Positions 12,196-24,448 of a DNA stretch of 64,000 bases are shown here, piece by piece. Below the pieces are notes generated by a model, which saw nothing but the letters and a program-made list of their open reading frames with translations, did not search any database and was not told the DNA's origin. The stretch is taken from contig OX597814.1 in assembly GCA_951406725.2 (NCBI GenBank), positions 204,786,001 to 204,850,000 of the forward strand. Reading direction: 5' to 3'. This DNA comes from Octopus vulgaris (Eukaryota). The translations under genes and the position numbers were made by a program. Positions within the stretch are counted from its first letter, which is position 1. Each line of letters begins with the position of its first letter.

Positions 12196-12696
12196 ATGGA
12201 GTGCCATTTATCACATTTGAAGGGCACAGTGTCACCCCTGCCGACCCCCAACATTCTTTGTAGATTGCTGACTTTGTTAGGTTGTAACGCTTCAGCCACA
12301 ATTTCTCTCCATTAACCTTGGTTGTGCAACTCGATAGATTCAAAGATAATGATGGTTTTGTAGAGGTTCTGTTTTCAGGTGAGTAAGAGAACAAGGGTGG
12401 GTGTTGTGAGGGTGGTTGTTGTCTGTCTGTCAGTCAAGAATGTATGCGAGGGTTGATACTATTTTTGAATTCCACCAAATGTACATGTGAGGTTGAGAGA
12501 GTGAGAAATGTAGGTATATTATGGCCGTCTGTTGTAACGATGGATTCGTTAATCAGAAATGTAATTAATCTTTCTGTTTAACATTTCAACTCTTTAGAAG
12601 TTGATGGAGCTGCTGCCAGCATTGATAATAGATGATTTCTTTGTAGAAATGGAATCTCGTGTTGGTATTAAGACATGAATATAATGAACTGTGATT

Positions 12697-12930
12697 GAGC
12701 AGGATTAACATGGGATAGAGCAGGATTAATGTGAGCTGAAGCAGGATTAATGTGAGATGGAGCAGGATTGACGTGCGATGGAGCAAGATTAACGTGAGTT
12801 AGGAGCAGGATTGACATGAGGTAAGAGCAGGATTGACGTGAGGTAGGAGCAGGATTGACGTGAGGTAGGAGCAGGATTGACATGAGATAGGAGCAGGATT
12901 GGCATGAGGAAGGAGCAGGAATGACATGAA
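12697..12930. repeat. Minisatellite, ~11 units of 21-22 bp (gagcaggattgacgtgaggtag)
   Basis: Direct repeats are visible; the first ~5 units are 21 bp and later units 22 bp. Confidence 0.9.
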
Positions 12931-13856
12931 TCCTGTAATGGTAATGTGAACAAGATTTAATAATGAGCACTGAACTCTGAAATAGTATGAATAAGTCCTG
13001 GGGTCGATTTGTATGACTAAGGTTGGTGCTCCAGCAGGGCCGCAGTCAAATGGCTGAAACAAATAAAAGAATGAAATTTTGACGGAAGCTTATAATTTAG
13101 CTCACTTTAACACCTAGCATTTGTATCATACAATTAGGGGTATTTTCAGGCAGGTGGCTATCAAATGGGTTGAAATACAACATTACTGTTACTTGTGGTT
13201 TAGGTCGGAATGGTTAATATTAGCAATTTCATCAATGAAGAACTTGTTTCAGGAGTCGATGTGTTTGAGCAGCAACTGGTGAAAATAGATTCTGAAACAA
13301 AGGAGATTGATGGGGAGTTTATTGTTCACTGAAACAGCCATACAGATAGAACTGTAATACAGATGTTCGTTTAGTTCCTCTTGTTGTTGATGAGAATGGT
13401 GAGGGGACGAGCGGTTCCACTGATGTTGATTGCGTTCTTCTTGTTTGTGTCATGAACAAAGGAAGTCTTGTTCAATTTCCCCATTTCCTGGATTGTTAAA
13501 TGCTCTTTTCTTTGGTTCTGATCAAGTCATACCTTCCTCAGATATTCTGAATGCCTGTGTGTGTGTGTGTGTGTGTGTGTCGGCCAGCTGGACTGGCCTG
13601 ATGTTTGCAGATGTTATATTTACTGGTTTGTGTTTGTTGAAAGCTGTTGCTTGAATTAGTTGTTACATTACTTGCGGGACACCACGACCAGACCTGAATA
13701 GGTCACCAGAATGCAGTTGCTAATGTGATTCTATTGTAGCCTTGTAAATGGACTTGCTTCACTGAAACTGAAAGAAGCCTTGTGTGTATGTGTGTGTGTG
13801 TGTGTGTGAGTGTGCACATGTGCCATGCACACGCGCATATATATGGATGGATGGAA

Positions 13857-14086
13857 GGTTGCGAGCTGGCAGAAACGTTAGCATGCTGGGCGAAATGCTT
13901 AGCAGTATTTCGTCGGCCATTACGTTCTGGGTTCAAATTCCGCCGAGGTCGACTTTGCCTTTCATCCTTTCGGGGTCAATAAATTAAGTACCAGTTACGC
14001 ACTGGGGTCGATGTAATCAACTTAATCCCTTTGTCTGTCCTTGTTTGTCCCCTCTGTGTTTAGCCTCATGTAGGTAGTAAAGAAAT
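13857..14086 (+). mobile_element. SINE family B
   Basis: Full head-core-tail match to other copies. Confidence 0.85.
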
Positions 14087-14094
14087 ATATATAT

Positions 14095-14790
14095 GGATAT
14101 CCTTCGAACTTTAGGTCTCACTGAGGAAATGACTAGAGACCGAGTCCTCTGGAAGTGTACTGTGCGCGAGAAAACCCGGCAGGACAAGTGAGTCCATAAC
14201 CCGTGGCCTTCTACATGGGATGGAGCCAGCCTACGTATGCATACCTTCCCTTCTTGGGACACAAAACTCTACTTGTGAAGACCTGTTGAGGCAAGTGAGG
14301 ATCAGAATCGAAATCGATCAATGGAAATTGCAGATGTGTTACCAGTGCCGGTGGCATGTCGAAACTCTACTTGTGAAGACCCGTTGAGGCAAGTGAGGAT
14401 CAGAATGGAAATCGATCAATGGAAATTGCAGATGTGTTACCAGTGCCGGTGGCATGTAAGAGAACCTTCCGTTTCGTGACTGTTGCCAGCACCGCCCCGT
14501 TTCGTGTCTGTTGCCAGCCTCGCCTAGCCCTCGTGCCGGTGGCACATAAAAAGCACCATCCGTTCGTGGCCATTTGCCAGCTCTGTCTGGCACCTGTGCG
14601 GGTGGCACATAAAAAGCACCCACTACACTCACAGAGTGGTTGGCGTTAGGAAGGGCATCCAGCCGTAGAAACACTGCCAGATTTGACTGGGCCTGATGAA
14701 GCCTCCTGGCTTCACAGACCCCAGTAGAACCGTCCAACCCATGCTAGCATGGAAAACGGACGCTAAACGACGATGATGATGATGATATGA
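14095..14790 (+). mobile_element. RTE LINE 3' end: RT C-terminus + 3'UTR + (GAT)n
   Basis: Translates LRTLGLTEEMTRDRVLWKCTVREKTRQDK*, followed by a UTR with a 98-bp tandem duplication and a gatgatgat tail. Confidence 0.85.
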
Positions 14791-15227
14791 TGATATATAT
14801 ATATAATATAGGTGTGTGTTACTATCTCCTTGCTTTGAAATCTCACGATAGTTCTAAACGAGTGTCACTCTCATGCAAGCAGCGTCTTTCGTTTCCAGTC
14901 TTCCATGAAAATATGTCTGGTCTTAGGAAGAGGGGAAGTTATATGATTAGGCCAGAGACCTTTTACTGTAGAAGGCAAGAGAGAGTTCTGTATAATGTGG
15001 TAGAAAGATGTCTGGATCCATAACAAATACTTTTGGTTTCATTTCAACCACCACATCCTCAATAACTCTCTTTTAATCTTTTCTTCTGCCTCCTCATTAA
15101 AGAGCCTGTTGCAGTGTGACATGTCACATCTCTTCCTTTCCTCACATTAATTAAATTTACCTTAATTACTCCACTGCTAATTTGAAAATGAGTTTTATTT
15201 TATTTTATTTTATTTGGTAAACATTGA

Positions 15228-15605
15228 TGCAGGCATGGCTGTGTGGTAAGAAGCTTGCTTCACATCCACATGGTTTTGGGTTCAGTCCGATTGTGTGGGA
15301 CCTTAGGCAAGTGTCTTTTACTATAGCCCTGGGCTGACCAAAACCTTGAGAGGATTTGGTAAGCTGGAACTGAAAGAGGCCCATTGTGTGTATATATATA
15401 TATGTGTGTGTGTGTCCATTACCACTTAACAACAGGTGTTGGTGTGTTTATATCCCCATAACTTAGCAGTTTGACAAAAGAGACTGATAGAATAAGTACC
15501 AGGCATATAAAAAAGAAGTAGTAGGGTTGATTCATTTGACTAAAATAATTCTTGAAGCTAGTACCCCAGCATGGCCGCATTCTAATGACTAAAGCGAGAG
15601 ATGAA
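15228..15605 (+). mobile_element. SINE family A (diverged)
   Basis: gcaggcatggctgtgtggtaag head and cagcatggccgca tail region. Confidence 0.75.
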
Positions 15606-15982
15606 AGGTAATAGCATTGTTGCCTTGTTTGTTATAGATTTTCTTTGGGTCAGTCACTGAACCTTTGCGTTCTTGACAGCAAGAGTGACCCGGGTTCATA
15701 GATTTTCTCATTAATAAGCACACACACACACACTTATCAACCAGCAGCAGGCATTGGTAACATCAACTCTGCTAAGGTTTCATGCATCGGTCAGTCTTGA
15801 GATGTGGTCAATAAATAACACTTGTCCAAGGTGCCGTGTATTGGAGTAGAACTCAGGACCATGCAGTTATGAAATAAACAGCCCTGCCTCTAATCCATTA
15901 TGTTGTGATTGTGATTTTGTTCCAAAATGTTATTTTAGAATTTGATCTTCAGTTTTTAGCGATCAGTATCTTTCTTTGATTA

Positions 15983-16602
15983 AGGCGGCGAGCTGGCAGA
16001 AACGTTAGCACGCCAGGGGAAATGCTTAGCGGTATTCCATCTGTCTTTACATTCTGAGTTCAAATTCCGCCGAGGTAGACTTTGCCTTTCATCCTTTCGG
16101 GGTCGATAAATTAAGTACCAGTTATGCACAGGGGTCGATATAATCGACTTAATCTGTTTGTCTGTCCTTGTTTGTCCCCTCTATGTTTAGCCTCTTGTGG
16201 GTAGTAAAGAAATAGAAATAGGTATTTCGTCTGCCGTTACGTTCTGAGTTCAAATTCTGCCGAGGTCGAATTTGCCTTTCATCGTTTCGGGGTCGATTAA
16301 ATAAGTACCAGTTATGCACTGGAGTTGATGTAATCGACTTAATCCCTTTGTCTGTCCTTGTTCGTCCTCTCTATGTTTAGCCCCTTGTGGGTAGTAAAGA
16401 AATAAGAAACATTAGCACACTGGGAAAAATGCTCTGCAACATTTCATCCTTCTTTACGTTCTCAGTTCAAATTCCTCAAGGGTCAGTTTTGTCATTCATC
16501 CTTTTGGGGCTGAAAAAAAAAAAAATGAATACCAGTGGAGCACTGGAATCAATAAAACTGACTTACCCCCTCCCCCTTGTGCCAAAATTTGAAATCAATA
16601 TC
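15983..16602 (+). mobile_element. SINE family B, tandem trimer
   Basis: Three consecutive cores; units 2-3 are head-truncated. Confidence 0.85.
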
Positions 16603-16934
16603 TTTCTATGATAGTGAGCAAAGCAAACATTACAAAGCACTGATCTGCAGTGTCCTTCTTGTACAACAACTTCAGTGCTGAGTGTCTGCCTAGAGACTTT
16701 TGTTTTTGTATTCTAGATGTTTACGTTACTGTGTACCAATGCAAGGTCTGGCCAGCTTTTATCTCGCTCAGTGCTGTGTCATTGAGCAGTATTTTATATG
16801 TGCTATCTCACTTATCTCCAAATTCACTACAACCTACATCAGTGATCTCCAAAATTTCCACAGGGGTTCCCCATCCTTTTATTTAAATAAGTTTTCCCAC
16901 AGACCCCTTTTAATATGCTTATCCTTTATATATA

Positions 16935-17316
16935 CTCTTTTACTGTTTTATTTGTTTCAGTCATTTGACTGCGGCCATGCTGGAGCACCACCATTAGTCG
17001 AGCAAATCGACTCCAGGACTTATTCTTTGTAAGCCTATTACTTATTCTATCGGTCTCTTTTGCCGAGCCGCTAAGTTATGGGGAAGTAAACACACCAGCA
17101 TCAGTTGTCAAGCGATGTTGGTGAAGACAAACACACACACACACACATATATACGATAGGCTTCTTTCTGTTTCCGTCTACCAAATCCACTCACAAGGCT
17201 TTGGTCGGCCTGAGGCTATAGTAGAATACACTTGCCCAAGGTGCCATGCAGTGGGACTGAACCCAGAACCATGTGGTTGGTAAGCAAGCTACTTACCACA
17301 CAGCCACTCTTGCGCC
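16935..17316 (-). mobile_element. SINE family A
   Basis: Near full-length reverse copy with internal (CA)n. Confidence 0.85.
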
Positions 17317-17759
17317 TATATATATATATATGAAATTTTTAATTTAGTTCTCTCCCAGTACTACCTTTGCTGACCACCAAGTGTCTGTGGACCTCAGGAT
17401 GGGAACCACTGACCTACACTTATTAAATCAATGACTGTCTCTCTAAGTGATCAATCATTCTGCTAAAAATGGCAGCTAAATATTCCTCAAACCACATCTT
17501 ACTGTCTTAAAAAAACTGCATTGGATATTGTGGTCCTAGATCATCTTATCTTTTTCCCAGGCACAATTTACCAAGGCCCACATTATCCAGTGTGTCCTTT
17601 CCTGGGACACTAGGATGTAATTTGAGAGAAACTTGGCTGCTATTTCTCACATGCTGAGCAACCACATAGATGTTCATTCTCATTGGCTCAAAATGCACTG
17701 ATTGATCTCTTGTTTGCTGCAGTAACTATAGCAGCCTTATTAGAATATATTTTTTTGTG

Positions 17760-18209
17760 TTGGTACCAGTGCCGGTGGCACACAAGAAAACCATCCGAAC
17801 GTGGCCGTAGCCAGTACTGCATCGACTGGCCTCCGTGCTGTGGGCACATAACAAACACCATCCGATCGTGGCCGTTCGCCAGCCTCATCTGGCACCTGTG
17901 TCGGTGGCACATAAAAACACCATCCGAGCGTGGCCGTCTGCCAGCCTCGTCTGGCACCTGTGTTGGTGGCACATAAAAAACACCATCCGAGCGTGGCCGT
18001 TTGCCAGCTTCGTCTGGCACCTGTGTCGGTGGCACATAAAATCACCCACTACACTCACGGAGTGGTTGGCGTTAGGAAGGGCATCCAGCTGTAGAAACAC
18101 TGCCAGATCTGACTGGCCTGGTGCAGCCTTCGGGCTCCCCAGACCCCAGTTGAACCGTCCAACCCATGCTAGCATGGAAAGCGGACGTTAAATGATGATG
18201 ATGATGATG
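17760..18209 (+). mobile_element. RTE LINE 3'UTR with ~5 tandem ~58-bp units and (GAT)n tail
   Basis: Repeated cacctgtgtcggtggcacataaaaacaccatccgagcgtggccg. Confidence 0.85.
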
Positions 18210-18534
18210 TAAGTTTAGTATAAATTTTATTAAAATGAAATCTGCAGATTTGCATACAAAGATTGTTACACGTGTGAGAGGGTGTCTGTCCCAGCTCTAA
18301 TCACATGCTACAGTTATTAATCACATGTTCAAAAACACAAATTGTCTGATTGACTTCCACGCTGGGAACTTAACATATTTCAGTTTTCATTAGTATTTAT
18401 TGAAAAGTAGGGCAACAGAGGACAGCACTGATAGCAGCAGGATCTTTGTATCAGTAGCCCTGGGTCCTGCGTTCCAAATAGCATTGTCGTCAACTTTGCT
18501 TTTCAAAGTATATCTTTTATCTCTTCTTTTTATC

Positions 18535-19337
18535 TGTTGCTTGTTTCAGTCATTGGACTGTGGCCATGTTGGAGCACTGCCTTGAAGGGTTTAGTCAATC
18601 AAACCAACCCCATTACTGATTCTATCGGCTTCTTTTGCTGAACTGCTAAGTTACAGTGATGGAAGCAAAGCAACACCGGTTCTCAAGTAGTAAGGGGTGG
18701 GGTGGGGTGCAAAGATGCGTACGTACATACATACGTGTGTACATGTGTATGGCAGGTTTCCATCTAGTTTCTGTTTACCAAATTCAGTCACAAAGCATTG
18801 GTTGATCAGGGTCTATAATAGAAGACACTTGCCCAAGGTGCCATGCAGTGGGACTGAACCTGGAACCATGTGGTTGCAAAGTGAGCTTCTTAAACACACA
18901 ACCATACCTGTGCCATATCAATAATACTCATCATCATCATCATCATAGGCGCAGGAGTGGCTGTGTGGTAAGTAGCTTGCTTACCAACCACATGGTTTCG
19001 GGTTCAGTCCCACTGCGTGGCACCTTGGGCAAGTGTCTTCTACTATAACCTCGGATTTCGTAGACAGAAACTGAAAGAAGCCCGTCATATACATGTATAT
19101 ATATATATATATGTATGTGTGTGTAAATGTTTGTGTGTCTGTGCTTGTCCCTCCAACATCGCTTGACAACCTATGCTGGTGTGTTTACGTTCCCATAACT
19201 TAGTGGTTTGGCAAAAAGAGACCGATAGAATAAGTACTAGGCTTACAAAGAATAAATCCTGGGGTCGATTTGCTCGACTAAAGGCAGTGCTCCAGCATGG
19301 CTGCAATCAAATCACTGAAACAAGTAAAAGAAAGTAA
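18535..19337. mobile_element. Head-to-head pair of SINE family A (- 18535-18914, + 18948-19337)
   Basis: Both match the family A consensus, in opposite orientations. Confidence 0.75.
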
Positions 19338-20554
19338 GCATCTATTGTCCATGCTGGCATGGATGGACTGGATGGTTTGACTGGGGTTGGTAAGCTGGAA
19401 GGCTGCACCAAACTCCAGTCTGATTTGGCATGGTTTTCTACGGCTGGATGCCCTTCCTAATGCCAACCACTCCGAGAGTGTAATGGGTGCGTTTACGTGT
19501 CACAGGTGCCATTTGCGTGACACCAGAATCTGCTATGACTGCGATTTTGCTCAGCTTGATGGGTCTTCTCAATTCTTTATTTCTTTATTGCCAACAGGGG
19601 GCTAAACATAGAGGGTACAAACAAGGACAGACGAAGGGATTAAGTCGATTACATCGACCCCAGTGTGTGACTGGTACTTATTTAATCAACCCTGAAAGGA
19701 TGGAAAGCAAAGTCAACCTCGGTGGAATTTGAACTCAGAACGTAACAGCGGACGAAATACCACTAAGCATTTCGCACAACATAATGCCAAAGGTCTTGGT
19801 CATTGCTTCCATGAAGCCCAACACTTGAAAGGAATTCAGCCACTTTGCCTCTCTGAGGTCTAACACTCGAAAGGTGCTCCTTATGTGCCTCTGGCACAGG
19901 TGCCAGTTATGTGACACTAGCATTGACCATGACTGTGATTTCACTGTTTATCTTTAATATGTGAGGTGGTGGGATGTCTTGCATTTAAAGGCAAAAATCA
20001 CTATGGAGATAGAGGAGTGTCTGTGTTGAAGAGGTTTCCATCCAAGGTTTTAAGCTGTTGCTGTATTTGTGTAATTGTCATTTCAGAAACACTAATGTGG
20101 ACTTTTAATTGCACAAATCTGCAACTTCGATTCCCACTTTCAATGAGTTGATTACTGTTATTGCTCTTGATGTGAAGTTGGAGTGTTATAAATGGTGGAC
20201 TTTGAATGATGATGATGATAATAATAGTAATAATAATAATAATAATTACATAGATATTTTCTATATTTTCTGCAATTATTTTCAGGAACTGTTATCATAA
20301 GGAGTTTTGATAAGATAAAAACAACACCAACGAGAAAAAAAAAAAAGCTTATTGGATCATTGTTTAATTAAAGTGATTACTTCATATCTAATAATATTTT
20401 TTTTTAATATGTATTATTGGAGGACCTAATTAAGGCAAGTTCAGCTGTATGAACTGACTGTGAGCATAGTTTGAACTATTGACCTTTCATCAACATACTG
20501 TTAATTTCTCTGTGTATATTTTGATGTATCTATCTATATCTGTCTGTTGTGAAA

Positions 20555-20885
20555 GTGCGTGGCTAAGTGGTTAGGGTATTTCGTTCATGATTGTAAGGCT
20601 GTGAGTTTGATACCTGGAGCTGTGTTGCGTCCTTGATCAAGACACTTTACTCCATGTTGCTCTTGTTGCTCCAGTCCACTCAGTTGGCATAAGTGAATTG
20701 TACCTGTAATTGAAGAGGGGCCAGCCTTGTCATACTCTGTGTCATGCTGAATCTCCCTGAGGACTACGCTTAGGGTACACTTGTCTGTGGAATGCTCAGT
20801 CGCTTGCATGTTCATTTCACGACCAGGCTGTCCCATCGATTGGATCATGTGGAACACTTATCATAATCGATGGAGTACCAGTTAT
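20555..20885 (+). mobile_element. tRNA-headed SINE family C
   Basis: A box tggctaagtggttag, B-box-like gagtttgatacc; second copy at 11955. Confidence 0.7.
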
Positions 20886-21817
20886 ATCAGTCTGTCCATG
20901 TTCTTGTCCCTTCTTATTTTGAACCTCTTGACAGCTTCCATAAAGCTGCCTTTCTCTCAGTAAGGTAGTGAGCTGGCACAATCATTAGCACACCGAACTA
21001 AATGCTTAGCAGCATTTCGTCTGTCTGCACATTCTGAGTTCAAATTCTGCCGAGGTCGACTTTGCCTTTCATACTTTCGGGGTCGATAAATTTAGTACCA
21101 GTAAGACACTGGGGTTTATGTAATCGACTGGTCCCCTCTCCAGAAATTTCAGGCCTTGTGCCTTCTATAGAAAGGATTATACTTTCTGTCAGTCAAGGAG
21201 GCCCTTTAATCTTGCGAGTTACATGGCAACCTCACGGCTGTTAGGGCCATGAAAAATGCACTCAATACACTCTGTAAAGTAGTTGGTGTTAGGAAGGGCA
21301 TTCAGCCGTAGAAACCATGCCAAAACTGAGATACTGGAGCAAGACAAGGTTCTGTAGAACAGTTCAATCCATGCCAGCATGGAAGATGGATTTTAAAGGA
21401 TAACATCATCATCACCACTACTACCACCACCACCATTCCCCTACTTCCCCTACTTCTTTAATATATTATTTTTTGCTATCATTTCGACAATTCTTTTATT
21501 CTTTCACTGGTTTGAGTCATTGAGCTGTGGTCATAATGGTTCACTGTCTGATTCCTGGACTTATTTCCATTTCCTACTTATTTTATCAGTCTCTGTTTAT
21601 CAAATGGCAAAGTTAAGTTTGACAAAAGTACACTACTCAACACACGATTTGTATGCACAGACATGTGTTTGTATGTTCTATAGGTATTGGTTATACACAG
21701 ACGTGTGTATTGATATACACAGGCATGTGTGTATGTGTATCCTATGGATTGGTACACACTCACACTCGTGTCTGTATCTGTAGTGTATGTATTGCTGTAT
21801 TGCAAAGTTTTCTTTTA

Positions 21818-24140
21818 CATCATCATCATCATAGTTTAATTTCCGTTTTCCATGCTGGCATGGGTTGGACTATTTGACTGAGGACTGGAGAGCCAGTGGC
21901 TGCCCCAGGCTCAATCTGATCTGGCAATGTTTCTACAGCTGGATGCCCTTCCTAACGCCAACCACTCCGTGAGTGTAGTGGGTGCTTTTTATGTGCCACT
22001 GGCACAGGAGCCAATCAGGCGGTCCTGGCATCGATCATGTTTGGATAGTGCTTTTTACGTACCACTGGCACAGAAGCCTGTCAAGGGGTACTGGCATCGG
22101 CCATGTTCAGATGGTGCTTTTTACGTACCACTGGCACGGGAGCTAGTCAGGGGGCACTATCCACAGCTACGATATTGGTTTTACTTGGCTCAACAGGTCT
22201 TCTCAAGCATATCATATCTGCCGATGCATCAGAGGTACTCTTAACTGGGCCGGACGTGCATGGCTGTGATCTCACTTTATAGAAAAGGAAAAATAAAACA
22301 TCCATCCTTTAACGTCAGCTTTCCATGTTGGTAGGATGGGTAGGTGGGTGAGTTCGTGAGATTTGGGAAGGGATGTAATGAGTGGGCACTGGTAGAGGGA
22401 GGGGTTATTAGGGGGGGATATGTTGTGGGAAGGGATTGAACAGGGACATATTGGTTGTGGGTAGGTATGTGAGGGAGAGGGAAGGGGGAATGCAACAGTG
22501 GTAGGCATGGGTGGGTTGTGGGGAAGTGGGGTGGGCATCATCAACTGCCTCAGTCCTATGTCATCTCCCCTGTCATCATCATGTGATGATCATTTCTCAC
22601 CAGTTCATCCCACATCTTGGTTTTCCTCTTCCTCAGGTTCCCTCCACATCAGCACTTCTCTATGCAGCTGTCCTCATTCATGCACATCACATAACCATAC
22701 CAGTGCAGCCTTCTTTCTTGTACACTACAACATGCATCTTACACCCAGATTTTCTCTCAAAACATTTACACTGTCGTACATGCACACTGACGTTGCACAT
22801 TTAGCAGAGTACCGGCCTCGTTTCTTTCAAGCCTTCATATCTCCTCTGTAATCACAGCCCATATTTCACTGCCATGTAGCATGGCTGTCCATATACAGGA
22901 ATCATACAGCCTACCCTTCACTCTGAAGGAGACGTCCTTTGTTGCTAAGAAAGGTAATAGCTCTCTGAATTTTGGTCCTGCCAGTTCTTATTCTCTCGAC
23001 TACACTTTCAGAGTTTCCTCCTCCACTGTTAACTTGGTCATCTAGGTAATGGGAAATGTCTACTACTTCCAAGGATCTCCCCGGACATTTGTGGGAGTCT
23101 ATTTGCTGTACATTCTCTGTTTATTGTAGCTATACATCTGTCACAGAAAGCCTTTTCTATCAGCCTTCATGTGATTTCACTGTACTTCTTAGGTGTCCAC
23201 AGCTAGCACTGGGTAATCTGAATGAAATGTCTATCTGTATCTCTTTTACCTTTCGGATTAGTAATTTGTCTGCTTTCTTGTTTACTACTACTTTGGTCTG
23301 TGTTAAATTAACTCTAAGGCTCCTAGATTCCAGTCCTTGCTGCCATACCTGAAATTTCTTTTCTAACTCGTGTAGAAATTTGGCTATAAGAACAAGGTTC
23401 ATTATTTAAATTATTTACATTTGAAGGATATTTGTCCTCATCTTGTTTGTCGTCAACACAGTTGATACACCCTCCAGCCTTCATCAGGTGTCTTGGGGAA
23501 ATTTCGAATCTGGGTTCTCATTCCTATGGTATTTTTCAATATTATTATTATTATTATTATTCAGGTCACTGCCTGGAATTGAACTCGGAATCTTGGGGTT
23601 AGTAGCCCATGCTCTTAAACACTATGCCATATGCCTGTCAAATGTAAATAATGTACATAATTCCTCATCTCTCAAATAAAGAACTGTAAGAGCAAGATTG
23701 TTAGCAGAGAGAAGCTTCCAAAGACAGTCAGGTCTAAATTTCTCTGTTTTGGCATGGAGGACTTTTATAAGCAAGATGGGGCTGAGAAACTGGTCCTTGG
23801 CAAACTCCTACCTGCACACTAGATTCGTAGCTATACTCATTGCCAACTTTCACCTTACTGACAGTATCCCTTTACATTGCTTGTACGGCTCTTATCTATC
23901 CCTAGCTTCCGCTTTGGCCACCAGATAAGTTGAGTGAGGTACCCTGTCAAGGGCTTTCTCCATGTCAACAAAAGCCAGGTACTGAGGTTTTTCTTTTGGC
24001 TAAGTACTTCTCTTGCAGTTGTCTTACGAGGAAGATAGCTATAGAAGTGTTTCTCTCTGGCACAAAACCAAATTGCGTGTCATCTAGCTTAACTATCTCC
24101 CTAATTAATTGAGCTATGACCCTTTCTGTGACTTTTGACT
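21818..24140 (-). mobile_element. Degenerate RTE LINE (RT domain to 3' tail), interrupted by later insertions
   Basis: Minus-strand translation KVTERVIAQLIREIVKLDDTQFGFVPERNTSIAIFLVRQLQEKYLAKRKPQYLAFVDMEKALDRVP; remnants of the QG..LSP and YADD regions; LESRSLRVNLTQTKV; 3'UTR and (CAT)n at 21818. Confidence 0.85.
23400..23686 (-). mobile_element. tRNA-headed short element with hammerhead remnant and inverted 3' end
   Basis: Minus head ggcatatggcatagtg (A box) and gagttcaattcc (B box), (AAT)n, then gacac-CTGATGA-aggctg. Flanked by a 13-bp imperfect duplication at 23387-23399 and 23687-23699. Confidence 0.7.
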
Positions 24141-24448
24141 TTTACATTGACACTTAAACAATTTTATAGGTACACATGTATGTATGTGTGTGTGTGTATG
24201 TATGTTGTATGTATATGTATTTTACACACACACATGTATGTATGTATAAGTATGTATATATATATGTATATATACAGATAGATAGGTAACATGAACAGAC
24301 AAGCACACATACATATGCGAATGAAAGCTGAAACACACGACCATATACACACATGCACACTTTACACAAGGACACATATGGAAACACATCCATACATAAC
24401 AGACACACGTACATAGTCATATAAACCTATACACAGACACATTCAGAC

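Noticed and set aside
12697-12930. CRISPR-like appearance of regular short repeats (also the RTE UTR units)
   Set aside because: No unique spacers, no cas genes, and eukaryotic context.
12200-13540. Possible highly decayed L2/CR1-like LINE on the minus strand (also 48560-49070)
   Set aside because: Only vague compositional resemblance; no motif could be read with confidence.
14690-14720. CTGATGA-agcc-tcct-ggct in an RTE UTR
   Set aside because: Point variant of the consensus ctggtgca; lacks GAAA.
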